This document shows, piece after piece, positions 29,924-40,725 of a stretch of 64,000 bases of DNA. The DNA is from an uncultured delta proteobacterium (GTDB lineage: Bacteria > Myxococcota > Myxococcia > Myxococcales > Myxococcaceae), in the NCBI GenBank assembly GCA_963796055.1, contig CAWCKH010000002.1, positions 96,001 through 160,000 of the forward strand. Reading direction: 5' to 3'. The position numbers and the translations under genes were made by a program. Position 1 is the stretch's first letter; each line of letters begins with the position of its first letter. The notes under the pieces were generated by a model. It was not told the origin of the DNA. It searched no databases and saw only the letters and a program-made list of their open reading frames with translations.

Positions 29924-31174
29924 ATGATCGCCTTCGACAAGCCGGAGCTCTTCGAGCAGCAGCTCGCGGAGCTTTCCGCGACCTTCGTCTCGCTGACCCC
30001 GGACCAGGTGGACAGCCAGATCGACTGGGGGCTACAGCTGCTGCTCGAGGCGCTCGATCTCGACCGGAGCACCATCGCCGAGCTCTCGGCCGACGGCCAG
30101 CGGATAGAGATCACGCACACCCGGTCCACGACGCATGCTCCAGCGATCGCCAAGGGCGATCTGGTGCCGATGCTCCCCTGGTTCGCGGCGATGCTCCTCA
30201 AGGGCCAGGTGCTGCGCTTCGATCGAATGCCGGACGACTTGCCCGCCGAGGCCGAGGCCGAACGCGAGTACTGCACCCGGACCGGCCTGAAGTCGGTGCT
30301 AACTTTCCCGTTCACGGTCGGCGAGCGGGTGATCGGTGCCATCGGCTTTGCCTCCTTCCGGCGGGAGATGAGCTGGACTCCGCACCTCCTCCGCTCGCTG
30401 CGGCTGATCAGCGAGGTGTTCGCCAACGCCCTGGCCAGGAAGCAGGCGGCGCACGAGCAGGTGAAGCTTCGCGAGCAGCTCGCCCACAGCGCCCGGCTGA
30501 ACACCATGGGCGAGGTGGTGGCCTCCATTGCCCACGAGGTCAACCAGCCGCTCTTCGCCATCGTCAGCAACGCCCGTGCCGCCGGGCAGCTCCTCGCGCA
30601 GGAGACCCCGGACCTGGCGGAGATCGGGGCAGCGCTGGAGGACATCGTCCAGGACGCCAACCGGGCCAGCTCCGTCATCGCCCGCATCCGCAGCTTCCTC
30701 CAGCGGAAGCCCACCGAGCTCGTGACCACCGACGTGAACTCGGTGATCGAGACGGTGAGGAGCTTGCTCGGGCCCGAGCTCGCACGTCGCCGGGTCACCC
30801 TTCTGGTCGCCCTGGGCACCGGGCTGCCGCCGGTGCGGGCCGACGCGGTCCAGCTCCAGCAAGTCCTGGTGAATCTGCTGATGAACGCCGCCGAGGCGAT
30901 GGAGTCGCTCGCGCCGACGCAGCGGCGCCTGGAGCTCCGGTCCACCACCGAGCCCGACGGGCGCCTCCGCATCGACGTGGTGGATCACGGCCCCGGCCTA
31001 GACCCCCAGGTGCGCGCCCGGCTGTTCGAGGCGTTCTTCACCACCAAGGCCAACGGGCTGGGAATGGGCCTGGCCATCTGCAAGTCGATCGTCGAGGCGC
31101 ATGGGGGGCGGATCCAGCCCCTGGACAGGTCCGGGCCGGGAACCACGATGCAGATCTGGCTTCCTGTCCGCTAG
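29924..31174 (+). CDS. Soluble GAF-domain sensor histidine kinase
   Basis: GAF-like N-domain; IAHEVNQPL H-box, NLLMNA, DHGPG, FFTTKANGLGMGL; no TM segment seen. Confidence 0.92.
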   Translation: MIAFDKPELFEQQLAELSATFVSLTPDQVDSQIDWGLQLLLEALDLDRSTIAELSADGQRIEITHTRSTTHAPAIAKGDLVPMLPWFAAMLLKGQVLRFDRMPDDLPAEAEAEREYCTRTGLKSVLTFPFTVGERVIGAIGFASFRREMSWTPHLLRSLRLISEVFANALARKQAAHEQVKLREQLAHSARLNTMGEVVASIAHEVNQPLFAIVSNARAAGQLLAQETPDLAEIGAALEDIVQDANRASSVIARIRSFLQRKPTELVTTDVNSVIETVRSLLGPELARRRVTLLVALGTGLPPVRADAVQLQQVLVNLLMNAAEAMESLAPTQRRLELRSTTEPDGRLRIDVVDHGPGLDPQVRARLFEAFFTTKANGLGMGLAICKSIVEAHGGRIQPLDRSGPGTTMQIWLPVR

Positions 31175-31301
31175 GCCTGAATTTGCGTCTCCGCGCAGAA
31201 TCTGCGCGCTTCCAGAGTCCACACGGCGAGCGTTTCTGCTGGAATTTCATGATCCAATGGGCACGCCCTGGATGGGCACGGTTCCTGTAGCGTGCCATTT
31301 T

Positions 31302-31961
31302 GTGCACCTGTCCCTCGCTGAGGTTTCGTCCCCGTCCCTCGAGGCGGGTGGCCGTCCACAGGTCTGGGTCGTCGACGACGACCCCGGCGTTCGCACCGCC
31401 CTCGCGCGGCTGCTGCGGACTACGGCCCTGAGCGTGGAGACGTTCGAGTCCGGGCTGGAGCTGCTGGACCGGCTCACGCAGGCGCGGCCCCGGTGCCTGG
31501 TTCTCGACGTCGGCATGCCGGAGCTCACCGGGCTGGACGTCCTTCGTCTGCTCCACGAGCGCGGGGAGCCCATCCCGGTGATCTTCGTCACTGGCGAGGG
31601 AAACGTGGGCCGGAGCGTCGCGGCGATGAAGGAGGGCGCCATCGACTTCCTGGAGAAGCCGGTCGACGCCGACGCGCTCCTCGCGGCGGTGATGCGAGGC
31701 CTGGCCAAGGAGGCCGAGTGGCGTCAGACGCGGGCACGGATCGAGCAGGCTTCCGGGCTCCTCGCCACCCTGACGCCCCGTGAGCGCGAGGTGCTCCACC
31801 ACGTGGCGACCGGCAAGTCCAACAAGCAGATCGCCTCGGAGCTGGGAACGAGCGAGAAGACGGTGAAGGTCCACCGCGGCCGGGTGATGCACAAGCTGGG
31901 CGCCACCTCGGTGGTCGACCTGGTGCACCTCACCGAGCGCGCCAGCGGCGTGGCCGCGTAG
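31302..31961 (+). CDS. FixJ/NodW/TodT-family response regulator (REC + LuxR HTH)
   Basis: VVDDD, LDVGMP, FLEKP, LTPREREV...NKQIASELGTSEKTVKVHRGRVMHKL. Start uncertain. Confidence 0.92.
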   Translation: MHLSLAEVSSPSLEAGGRPQVWVVDDDPGVRTALARLLRTTALSVETFESGLELLDRLTQARPRCLVLDVGMPELTGLDVLRLLHERGEPIPVIFVTGEGNVGRSVAAMKEGAIDFLEKPVDADALLAAVMRGLAKEAEWRQTRARIEQASGLLATLTPREREVLHHVATGKSNKQIASELGTSEKTVKVHRGRVMHKLGATSVVDLVHLTERASGVAA

Positions 31962-31978
31962 AGCCCCCGGGGCGCGCA

Positions 31979-32012
31979 CGGAGCCGCGGGAGCGTTGGCC
32001 CCCGCGGTTCCG
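31979..32012. terminator. Hairpin between convergent genes
   Basis: CGGAGCCGCGGG-N10-CCCGCGGTTCCG, 12-bp stem with one G-U pair. Confidence 0.4.
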
Positions 32013-32029
32013 CGCAGCTCAGCTTCTGC

Positions 32030-32647
32030 TCACTTCGCCGGCGGAGCCTTGGGCTTCTTCTTCGCGGGCGGCTTCGGGGCCGCGGGCTGCACGGAGAGCG
32101 CCAGCGCCTCCGAGTACTTCGCGGTGATGGTGTCGCCCACCTTCACCTTCTCCCAGCGCTCCGGGTGCTGCATCTTCACCTCGACGGTGTTGCCGCCCGA
32201 GCCCTTGATGATGGCGGTCTTCTTCGTCATGTCGATCGCCTCCACCGTCCCGTTCAGGGTGACCGTCCGGGCGATGGCGCCCTCGGGCTTCTTGCCCGCC
32301 TCTGCGCGCTCGGTGGCGATCGCCTCGGTGGGCTGCGGCAGTGGCTTGGTCGGATCGGTCTCGGTCACATCGACCGCCAGCGCCTCCTGGTACTGGACGA
32401 TGACGTCGTCGCCCACCTTCACCTGGGCCAGGTTGCGGGCCTGGGGTCCCACGGTGAACTCGTGGGTCTGGCCATCGGCGGTCTGCAGCACCACGTGCCG
32501 GGTGGCTTGATCGATCTCCTTGACGGTGGCCTTGACCGTCTTGACCTCCTTCCTCGAGTACGAGGCCTTCGGCGCCTTGGCCTCCTGCGCCAGGGCCGGG
32601 ATGCTCAGTGCCAGGGCGGCGATGAGCACAGAGTTCTGCAGACGCAT
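32030..32647 (-). CDS. Secreted protein with two tandem OB-fold-like repeats
   Basis: AAGGAGG RBS; signal peptide; repeat V(K/E)xID...VKVGD...YxEALA occurs twice. Confidence 0.8.
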   Translation of the reverse strand: MRLQNSVLIAALALSIPALAQEAKAPKASYSRKEVKTVKATVKEIDQATRHVVLQTADGQTHEFTVGPQARNLAQVKVGDDVIVQYQEALAVDVTETDPTKPLPQPTEAIATERAEAGKKPEGAIARTVTLNGTVEAIDMTKKTAIIKGSGGNTVEVKMQHPERWEKVKVGDTITAKYSEALALSVQPAAPKPPAKKKPKAPPAK

Positions 32648-32668
32648 CGTGTACCTCCTTCGTGGGGA

Positions 32669-34115
32669 CTACTGCGGCTTGGCCGCCGTGGGTTCGACAG
32701 GGGCCGGCTCCGGAGGCGGTGGCACTTGCCAGCCGCCGCCGAGGGCACGGTACAGGTTGATGAAGGCCGCGGTGCGCTGGGCGCGGACCGCCGCCAGGTT
32801 GAGCTCCGCGGGGAACAGGAGATTCTGCGTGGTGGTCACCTCCAGGTAGCTGGACACTCCCCCGTAGAACCGGTCCACTGCCAGAGCGACCGACTCGGTG
32901 AGGTTGGCCACCTCCTCCTCGCGCTGCTGGAGGATGCCGTCAAGCCGCTGAACGTCGTCCAGCGCGTCCGCGACCTCACGGAAGGCGGTGAGCACCGTCT
33001 GCTCGTAGCTGTTCTTCGCCTCCTCCCACTGCGCCGACGCCGCCTCCGCCTGCCCGTGCAGCGCGTCGCCCTGGAGGATGGGGGCGAGCCAGTTTACGCT
33101 CCCTCCCGCGCTCCAGATGAGGGACTTGGAGGGGTTGAAGAGCGTGCTGAGGTCCGCGCTCACGAAGCCGGCCATCGCGGTCAGGCTGAACCGCGGGAAG
33201 AAGTCCGCCTTGGCCACCCCAATCCGGGCATTGGCGGCCACCAGCCGCTGCTCCACGGCCAGCACGTCCGGCCGGCGCTCGAGCAATGTCGAGGGAAGCC
33301 CGGCCGGCACCGGTCCAGTCTGGAGCGTGGGCGTGGCCCTGGAACGCGCGATCGGTCCAGGCGGGCGCCCCAGGAGCAGCGAGAGGAGGTTCTCCTGCCG
33401 CACGATGAGCCGCTCGGTGTCCTGGACCACCGCCTGCGCGTCGTTCACCTGGGCCCGGCCGGTGGTGACCGGGAGCTTGTTCCCCGCCCCGCCCTGCAGC
33501 CGGTCCACGTAGAGCTGCAACGTGCGCTGGTAGTTGCCGACGGTGCGCCTGGCCACGTCCAGCTGGGCGTCGAGCTGACGCATCTGCACGTAGGCGACCG
33601 CCACGTCGGCGACCAGGCTGACCGTGGCGGCCCGCCGGCCCTCCTCGGTGGCGAGGTACTCGGCGACCGCGGCCTCCGTGCCCCGGCGGAATCCGGCCCC
33701 AGACGTCGATCTCCCAGGACAGACCGGCGTCGACCTCGAACACCGCGCTGTGCTTCGGATCCTCGGCGGGCGTGACCAGCGCCCCCCGCCGTCCGTAGCT
33801 GCCCGCGGCATTGACGTCCACCGCCGGGAGGATCTGCGCCTTCTGGATCCGCGCCAGCGCCCGGGCCTGCTCGACCCGGGCCACCGCCGCCCGCAGGTCG
33901 CGGTTGTTCTGCACCGCCTCGGCGACGAGCGACTGCAGCTCGGGATCCTTGAACACCGTCCACCACGGGAGATCGGCGATGGTCGCCGTGTCCTGGGTGG
34001 GCGCCTGGTCGCGGAAGCTGGCCGGCGTGGGCACCACCGGACGCTGGTAGTCCGGGCCCATCAGGCAGCCGGTGCTGGCCAGCGCCATCGTCGCCACGAC
34101 CAGCGCTCTCTTCAC
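32669..34115 (-). CDS. NodT/OprM-family efflux outer-membrane lipoprotein, one +1 frameshift near 33688
   Basis: STGCLMGPDYQRP...SWEIDVWGRI in one frame, RRGTEAA...LLERRPDV...LYRALGGGW in another; one extra base joins them. Confidence 0.88.
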
Positions 34116-37100
34116 GGTTCACCCTGGGCGACGGCGGTCGCCCCTCCTCCGTGGGCCACGGTGGGCGTGGGCTCGGGTCCCTTCTTCCCTCCGACAATCC
34201 GACCCACCATCACGTACAGCACCGGGATGATGAAGACGCCGAGGCCGGTCACCAGCGACATCCCGGCGATCACCGCCGTGCCGAGGATGCGCCGCGAGGC
34301 TGCCCCCGCGCCGGCCGCCGTCCACAGAGGCACGCAGCCGAGGATGAAGGCGAACGAGGTCATGAGGATGGGCCGCAGCCGGAGCTTGGCGCCCTCGAGC
34401 GCAGCGTCCACCAGCGGCTTGCCCTGCTCGTGCTGCATCTTGGCAAACTCGACGATGAGGATGGCGTTCTTCGCCGCCAGGCCGATCAGCATCACCAGGC
34501 CGATCTGCCCGTACACGTCGAAGTCGTAGCGACGCATCATCAGCCCGAGGAACGCTCCGAGGACCGCGATCGGCGTGCTGAGGAGCACGCTGAAGGGCAG
34601 CGACCAGCTCTCGTACAGCGCGGCGAGGATGAGGAAGACGAACAAGAAGCTCATCCCGAATACCGCCAGCGTCCCCCCCTCGGAGGCCTTCTGCTGGAAG
34701 GAGAGGTTGGTCCAGGCAGTGCCCATCTCCGGAGGCAAGGTCTGCGCCGCCACCTCGTCGAACGCCTTCAGCGCTTGCCCGGAGCTGATCCCCGGGGCGG
34801 GCGTCCCGATGACCTCCACCGAACGGTAGAGATTGAAGCGGACCGTGTACTCCGGGCCGCTCACGTTCTTCACCGTGACCAGGGTGGAGAGGGGCACCAT
34901 GTCCCCCTTGCTGTTGCGGACGTAGAAGTCCCGGATGTCCTCGGCCTTCACCCGCGATTCGCCCTCGGACTGGAGGAAGACCTTCCATTGTCTCCCGAAC
35001 CGGGTGAAGTCGTTCACGTAGCTGCCGCCGAGGAAGGCCTGCATCGCCCCGTAGACGTCGGTGAGGGCCACGCCCTGCTTCAGGACCTTGTCCTTGTCCA
35101 CCTCGACGAAGATCTGCGGAACGGCCGGCGAGAAGTTGGCGGTCACCGCCTGGAACTCGGGTCGCTTCCGGACGCCGGCCACGAACTTGCCCACGTTCTG
35201 GGCCAGGAACTCGACCGACCCGCCGCTCCGGTCCTGGATCATCATGTCCGCGCCACCGGCCGTTCCGATGCCCGGGATGGCGGGAGGACCGAAGGCGAGG
35301 ATGCGGGCCTCGGGGATCTGCGAGAAGGCGATGTTGAGCGCGCGGATGATGCCGGCGGCCGACTCGTTCTCGTGCTTGCGCTCGGCCCACTCGTGGAAGG
35401 CGATGAACACCGTCCCGGTGTAGCTGGCGGCAGTGCCGGTGAGGATGTTGTAGCCGCTGATCACGGTGTAGCTCCGGATGCCCGGAGTCTTGGCCATGAT
35501 CTCCTCGATCTTCTTCCCCACCTGCTTGGTCCGCTGCAGGGACGAGGCATCGGGCAGCTGCATGAAGGCCAGCGCGTAGCCCTGGTCCTCGTCGGGGACG
35601 AAGCCCGTAGGGATCCTCGCCCCGAAGACACCCGCCAGCACCGCCGCGCCCGCCAGCAGAGCCAGGGAGAGCACCATCTTCCGGATCATCCGCCCGGTGA
35701 TGCTGACGTATCCCCCGGTCATCCGATCGAACCAGGCGTTGAACTTGCCGCCGAGCCGCGCCACCAGTCCCTGTTTCCCCTCCGTCTTCGGTTTCAGGAG
35801 CAGCGCGGAGAGGGCCGGGCTCAGGGTCAGAGCGTTGAAGGCCGAGATGAGCACCGAGATGGCGATGGTCAGCGCGAACTGCTGGTACAGCCGCCCGGTG
35901 ATGCCGGGGATGAAGGCCACCGGGACGAACACCGCCGAGAGGATGAGGGCGATCCCGATCACCGGTCCCTGCACCTCCTGCATTGCCTTGAGCGTGGCGT
36001 CCTTGGGGGACATGCCGTGGTGGATGTGGAACTCCACCGCCTCCACCACCACGATGGCGTCGTCGACCACCAGGCCGATCGCGAGAATCAGGCCGAAGAG
36101 AGAGAGCGTGTTGAGCGAGAACCCCAGCATCGGGAACACCGCGAAGGTGCCCACCAGCGAGACCGGCACCGCCAGCAGGGGAATCAGGGTCGCGCGCCAG
36201 CTCTGGAGGAAGATGAAGACCACGATGATCACCAGGACCATCGCCTCGAACAGCGTCTTCACGATCTCGTGCATCCCTTCCACGATCGGCAGCGTCGTGT
36301 CGAGGGCCACCTCGTAGTCGAGCCCCTGGGGGAAGCTCTTCTTCAGGCCGGCCATGGTGGCCTTGATGCCGTCGCCGACCTTGAGCGCGTTCGAGCCCGG
36401 GGTCTGGAAGATGGCGATCACCCCGCCGGCCTTCCCGTTGTACCGCCCGTCCTGCTGGTAGTTGAGCGAGCCCAGCTCGATGCGGGCCACGTCCTTCAGT
36501 CGCACCTGCGAACCGTCGGGGTTGGCGCGGACCACGATCTCCCCGAACTCCTCCGGGGTGATCAGCCGGCCTTGCGCGCGAACGGCGTAGGTGAACTTCT
36601 GACCCTCGGGCGCCGGCTCGCCGCCGATCTGCCCGGCGGGGTTCACCACATTCTGCGCTTTGATCGCCGACTGGATCTCGTTGATCGTGAGATTGAGCCG
36701 GGTGAGCGTGTCCGGCCTCACCCAGATCCGCATCGCGTAGTCCGACGAGCCGAAGAGCGTCACGTCCCCCACGCCCGGGACGCGCTTGATCGCGTCGATG
36801 ACGTTGATGGTGGCGTAGTTCCCGAGGAACCGGGAGTCGTAGCGGTTGTCGGGCGAGAACAGCGAGACGATGATCAGCGGGAACGGCAGCTTCTTCTTGA
36901 TCGTGACCCCGTAATTCTTCACCTCCTGGGGCAGGGTCGCCTGGGCCTGGCTGTACCGGTTCTGGACCAGCACGTTGTCGATGTCGACGTTGGTGCCCAG
37001 CGCGAAGGTGACCGTCTGGGTGAGCGTGCCGTCGTTGGCGTTCGTGCTCTGGAGGTAGAGCATGTTGTCCACGCCATTCATCTGCTGCTCGATGGGCGTG

Positions 37101-37288
37101 GCCACCGACTGCTCGATGGTCAGCGCGTCAGCGCCGGTGTAGGTGGTGGTCAGCTGGATCTGCGGCGGGACGATCTCCGGGAACTGGGCGATCGGCAGCC
37201 GCAGCGCCGCCACCGCGCCGCCGATGACCGTGATGATCGCGATGACGATGGCGACGATGGGACGACGGACGAAGACGGCGGAGATCAA
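34112..37288 (-). CDS. HAE1 multidrug RND permease (AcrB/MexF-like)
   Basis: LPIAQFPEIVPP, GLVVDDAIVVVE, KNAILIVEFA, RLRPILMTS. Confidence 0.95.
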   Translation of the reverse strand: MISAVFVRRPIVAIVIAIITVIGGAVAALRLPIAQFPEIVPPQIQLTTTYTGADALTIEQSVATPIEQQMNGVDNMLYLQSTNANDGTLTQTVTFALGTNVDIDNVLVQNRYSQAQATLPQEVKNYGVTIKKKLPFPLIIVSLFSPDNRYDSRFLGNYATINVIDAIKRVPGVGDVTLFGSSDYAMRIWVRPDTLTRLNLTINEIQSAIKAQNVVNPAGQIGGEPAPEGQKFTYAVRAQGRLITPEEFGEIVVRANPDGSQVRLKDVARIELGSLNYQQDGRYNGKAGGVIAIFQTPGSNALKVGDGIKATMAGLKKSFPQGLDYEVALDTTLPIVEGMHEIVKTLFEAMVLVIIVVFIFLQSWRATLIPLLAVPVSLVGTFAVFPMLGFSLNTLSLFGLILAIGLVVDDAIVVVEAVEFHIHHGMSPKDATLKAMQEVQGPVIGIALILSAVFVPVAFIPGITGRLYQQFALTIAISVLISAFNALTLSPALSALLLKPKTEGKQGLVARLGGKFNAWFDRMTGGYVSITGRMIRKMVLSLALLAGAAVLAGVFGARIPTGFVPDEDQGYALAFMQLPDASSLQRTKQVGKKIEEIMAKTPGIRSYTVISGYNILTGTAASYTGTVFIAFHEWAERKHENESAAGIIRALNIAFSQIPEARILAFGPPAIPGIGTAGGADMMIQDRSGGSVEFLAQNVGKFVAGVRKRPEFQAVTANFSPAVPQIFVEVDKDKVLKQGVALTDVYGAMQAFLGGSYVNDFTRFGRQWKVFLQSEGESRVKAEDIRDFYVRNSKGDMVPLSTLVTVKNVSGPEYTVRFNLYRSVEVIGTPAPGISSGQALKAFDEVAAQTLPPEMGTAWTNLSFQQKASEGGTLAVFGMSFLFVFLILAALYESWSLPFSVLLSTPIAVLGAFLGLMMRRYDFDVYGQIGLVMLIGLAAKNAILIVEFAKMQHEQGKPLVDAALEGAKLRLRPILMTSFAFILGCVPLWTAAGAGAASRRILGTAVIAGMSLVTGLGVFIIPVLYVMVGRIVGGKKGPEPTPTVAHGGGATAVAQGEP

Positions 37289-37291
37289 GGC

Positions 37292-38479
37292 TCAGCTCCC
37301 CGCGTCCGCGGCCGGGCCGCTCCCGGGCTGGGCGCCGTGGGAGGGATCGGGCTTGGCGACGACCTTCTGCCCCTCCGAGACCTTCTGCACCCCCTCGGTG
37401 ATCACCCGCTCACCGGGGTTCACCCCCTTGGTGATCGCCCAGAGCGCCCCGGCCCGGGGGCCCACCTCCACCTTGCGGATCTGCACGGTGTCCTCGGGGG
37501 TCACCACCGCCACGGTGTAGGACCCTTGCAGCTCCTTCACCGCAGCCTCCGGGACCACGATCAGGTCCTTCCCCGCCTCCTGCCGCGGGATACGGACCCG
37601 GGCGTACTGACCGGGGCGCAGGATGCGCTCAGGGTTGGGGAACACCGTCTGGACCTGGATGGTGCCGGTGCCCTTCTCCACCTCACGATTCACCGAGGCG
37701 AACCAGCCCTTGTGGGGGTAGATCGAGCCGTCGGCGAGCATCAGCTCGATGAGCCGTCGCTCGGGCCCGGCATCCAGCGGGTCCAGCTTCTCCAGATCTG
37801 CAATCCGCGAGGCGAATTTCAAGTAGTCCGCCTCGCTGATCGGGAAGACCACCCGCATCGGGTCGAGCTGCGAGACGGTGGTGAGCAGGGTGGGCTCGCC
37901 CTGCCCGACCAGGTTTCCCACCCGGACCAGCGCCGTCCCCGCAACCCCATCCACCGGCGAGCTGATGCGGGTGTACGAGAGGTTCAGCTGCGCCTCGTCC
38001 AGCGCGGCCTTCGCCGAGTCGCGGGACGCCGCGGCGGCCTGCTGCTCCGCCACCGCGTTGTCCAGGTCCTGCTGGCTCACCGCCTGCTTCGCGGCGAGGG
38101 GCCGGTAGCGATCCGCCGTCACCTTCGCCTGCCCGAGCGTCGCCTGCGCCCGGGCGAGCGCGCCCTTGGCCTTGGCCACCGCCGCCTCGTACTCGGCAGG
38201 GTCGATGGTGAAGAGCAGCTGGCCCTTCTTCACGAACGCGCCATCGGCGTAATCCTGGGTCTTGAGGAAGCCCTTCACCCGCGCCCGGATCTCGGCGTTC
38301 ACGTACCCGTCGAGCGTTCCGACGAACTCGGCCGCGAGGCTCAGGTCCTGCTGTACCGCCGGAGTGACCAGCACCGTCGTCGGAGGAATCGGCGGCGGGG
38401 GCTTCTTGCAGCCCACGGACACCAGGAGCGCTCCCAGGGCACCCGCGATGACCGATCCAGTGACGCCTGTCCGCGCCAT
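37292..38479 (-). CDS. RND periplasmic adaptor (AcrA-like lipoprotein)
   Basis: GGGAGG RBS; SVGC lipobox; EIRARVKG, LSYTRISSPVDG, LRPGQY. Confidence 0.92.
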   Translation of the reverse strand: MARTGVTGSVIAGALGALLVSVGCKKPPPPIPPTTVLVTPAVQQDLSLAAEFVGTLDGYVNAEIRARVKGFLKTQDYADGAFVKKGQLLFTIDPAEYEAAVAKAKGALARAQATLGQAKVTADRYRPLAAKQAVSQQDLDNAVAEQQAAAASRDSAKAALDEAQLNLSYTRISSPVDGVAGTALVRVGNLVGQGEPTLLTTVSQLDPMRVVFPISEADYLKFASRIADLEKLDPLDAGPERRLIELMLADGSIYPHKGWFASVNREVEKGTGTIQVQTVFPNPERILRPGQYARVRIPRQEAGKDLIVVPEAAVKELQGSYTVAVVTPEDTVQIRKVEVGPRAGALWAITKGVNPGERVITEGVQKVSEGQKVVAKPDPSHGAQPGSGPAADAGS

Positions 38480-38570
38480 GCTCCCTCCCTCGGTGGAATC
38501 TATCGAACGTCGAGTTATCGACATCCCCTGGGTCCTGTCGAGTCCGGCGTGAGGGGAATCGACTGAGCGT

Positions 38571-39302
38571 TCAGCGGCCCGGAGCGGCGGTTGGTGTGTC
38601 CACGACCGGCGGGGTGTAGTCCGCGGCGGTGAGGGCGATCTCGATGCGCCGGTTCTGGCTCCGTCCGGCCTCCGTCTCATTGGGGGCGAGCGGCCGGTAC
38701 TGGGAGAACCCCGCCGCGCCCAGCATCTTCGGGTCCACTCCCTGGGACTGGAGGTAGCGGACGACGCTCACCGCTCGGGCGGTGGAGAGGTCCCAGTTGT
38801 CCTTGAAGGCCGATCTGGGGTTGGTGGGCACGCTGTCCGTGTACCCGGCCACCACCACCACCTTGTCCTTGAGCGTCTGGAAGGCGTGGGCGACCGCGTC
38901 CAGCGCGTCACGACCCTGCTTGTTGATGGCCGCCGAGCCCGAGGAGAAGACCACCTTGTCCTTGAGCTTCACGGTCATCTTGCCGCGCAGCTCGGTGATC
39001 TCCACCTGGCCGCTGTCGATCTGCTGCTTCAGCGATCCGGCCAGCTCCTCGTACTGCTTGCTCTTCGCCTCGAGCGCACCCTTCTCCTCGGTGAGCTGGG
39101 CGGTGGACTTGGTCAGGGCGTCGTTCTGGGCCTGGAGGTCCGTGACCTTCTTTTCCAGCGCGGCGGTCTTGGCCGTCTCGTCCTGGTACTGCTTCTTGTA
39201 GTTGGCGGCATCGCGCTGGGCCGCGGCGAACTCGTCCTTCGAAGGACCGCACGCTGCGACGAGCAAGGCGATCCCCACTGCACCGATGATGCGGTTCGAC
39301 AT
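38571..39302 (-). CDS. OmpA/MotB-domain lipoprotein with coiled coil
   Basis: VAAC lipobox; GYTDSVP, NWDLSTARAVSV, NRRIEI. Confidence 0.9.
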   Translation of the reverse strand: MSNRIIGAVGIALLVAACGPSKDEFAAAQRDAANYKKQYQDETAKTAALEKKVTDLQAQNDALTKSTAQLTEEKGALEAKSKQYEELAGSLKQQIDSGQVEITELRGKMTVKLKDKVVFSSGSAAINKQGRDALDAVAHAFQTLKDKVVVVAGYTDSVPTNPRSAFKDNWDLSTARAVSVVRYLQSQGVDPKMLGAAGFSQYRPLAPNETEAGRSQNRRIEIALTAADYTPPVVDTPTAAPGR

Positions 39303-39350
39303 GGATCCTCCGTTCCGCGCAAGTCGTCGCGCTTCCAGGGGATTCCCGCA

Positions 39351-39368
39351 ATGAGACCAAGGTCCAAG
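39351..39368. promoter_or_regulatory. Palindromic TF box, copy 5 (ATGAGACCAAGGTCCAAG)
   Basis: About 50 nt upstream of the OmpA/MotB gene that precedes the RND genes. Confidence 0.65.
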
Positions 39369-39401
39369 ACCCGGGGGCCCGGGGGTGCTCCGGACAGAGG
39401 T

Positions 39402-40133
39402 CTATCGGCGTGCGGCAGCGACCATGGCCGGTGCGGCCGCCCGGGGCGTTGCCACCAGCCCGTAGACGAGGGCCCCGAGCGCGCCTCCGATGAGCGGGGC
39501 CACCCAGAACATCCACAGCTGCTCGAGCGCCCACCCACCGACCACCAGCGCCGGTCCGGTGCTCCGCGCGGGATTGACCGAGGTATTGGTGACCGGGATG
39601 GAAACGAGGTGGATGAGCGTCAGGCAGAGCCCGATGGCGATCGGCGCGAGACCCTTCGGTGCACGCTCGTCGGTGGCGCCCATGATCACGAAGAGGAACA
39701 TGCCAGTCATCACCACCTCGGTGAGGAAGCCGGCGCCCATCGAGTACTGCCCGGGCGAATGGGCCCCGTACCCGTTGCTGGCCATGCCGCCGGCGGTGCT
39801 GAACCCCGCCTTGCCGCTGGCGATGACGTACAGCGTCCCCGCGGCGATGACCGCGCCCACCACCTGGGCCACGATGTACGCTGGGAGCTCGGAGGCCTTG
39901 AAGCGGCCGCCCACCGTCAGCCCCACCGACACCGCCGGGTTCAGGTGACAGCCCGAGATGTGGCCGATGGCGAAGGCCATGGTCAGCACCGTCAGCCCGA
40001 AGGCCAGCGCCACCCCCAGCAGCCCGATGCCCACGCCCGGGAAGGCGGCGGCGAGCACCGCGCTGCCGCACCCTCCGAGGACGAGCCAGAACGTCCCGAT
40101 CAGCTCCGCCGTTGCCCGTTGCCAGAGTGGCAT
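39402..40133 (-). CDS. aqpZ: Aquaporin Z
   Basis: [12 protein letters not shown] and [13 protein letters not shown] motifs; [11 protein letters not shown]. Confidence 0.96.
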   Translation of the reverse strand: MPLWQRATAELIGTFWLVLGGCGSAVLAAAFPGVGIGLLGVALAFGLTVLTMAFAIGHISGCHLNPAVSVGLTVGGRFKASELPAYIVAQVVGAVIAAGTLYVIASGKAGFSTAGGMASNGYGAHSPGQYSMGAGFLTEVVMTGMFLFVIMGATDERAPKGLAPIAIGLCLTLIHLVSIPVTNTSVNPARSTGPALVVGGWALEQLWMFWVAPLIGGALGALVYGLVATPRAAAPAMVAAARR

Positions 40134-40215
40134 GCTGCACCCCCAGGGAAGGATTGCGGGGCGTGTAGCACGCTGCCTCGGCAGCAGTCACAGAAGAACT
40201 TGTTGCCCCGAAGCC

Positions 40216-40725
40216 CTATGCACCTCGGTGCGGGGAGGGCGGCACACCGGGCGCGGGAGGCCCGGAGCCAGGCCGACGCCTGCGGACGGACAGCAGCTTC
40301 TCCACCTCCGCGACCACCTCGCCGTCGGGGCCGACGATCTGGGCGACGAAGACCGGCTCGACCTTCCCCCCGGCATCCACCGCGCGGCGGATCTCCTCCA
40401 CCCGCTCCTCGGGAATCTCGAAGCGCGCGCGCACCGTGCCGCGACCGGGCTTACGGAAGTGGATGGTGCCACGTTTGTCCCAGACCACGTACCCGGGCCC
40501 GAGCCGCTCGATGAGCACCACCATGAACCAGGGGTCGGCCATGGCGAACAGCGCGCCCCCGAAGTGCGTACCGACGTAATTCCGGTTCCACGGCCGGAGC
40601 GCCATCTGCACCTCGATGCTCCGGAGGTCCGACGCCACGTGCGTCACCCGGATCCCCGACGTGAGATATGGGCCCCATAGCCCGGCGAGGTGCCTGAGCA
40701 GCCGCGCCTTCCACCGGATGTCCAT
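40216..40725 (-). CDS. DUF4442 / hotdog-fold thioesterase-like protein
   Basis: NRNYVGTHFGGALFAMADP, VVWDK...FRKPG. Confidence 0.88.
   Translation of the reverse strand: MDIRWKARLLRHLAGLWGPYLTSGIRVTHVASDLRSIEVQMALRPWNRNYVGTHFGGALFAMADPWFMVVLIERLGPGYVVWDKRGTIHFRKPGRGTVRARFEIPEERVEEIRRAVDAGGKVEPVFVAQIVGPDGEVVAEVEKLLSVRRRRPGSGPPAPGVPPSPHRGA

Noticed and set aside
31258..31300. GGCACG elements resembling a sigma54 promoter
   Set aside because: No GC at the correct -12 spacing on either strand.
34151..38566. 1471-aa plus-strand ORF
   Set aside because: Antisense shadow of the RND permease and adaptor genes.
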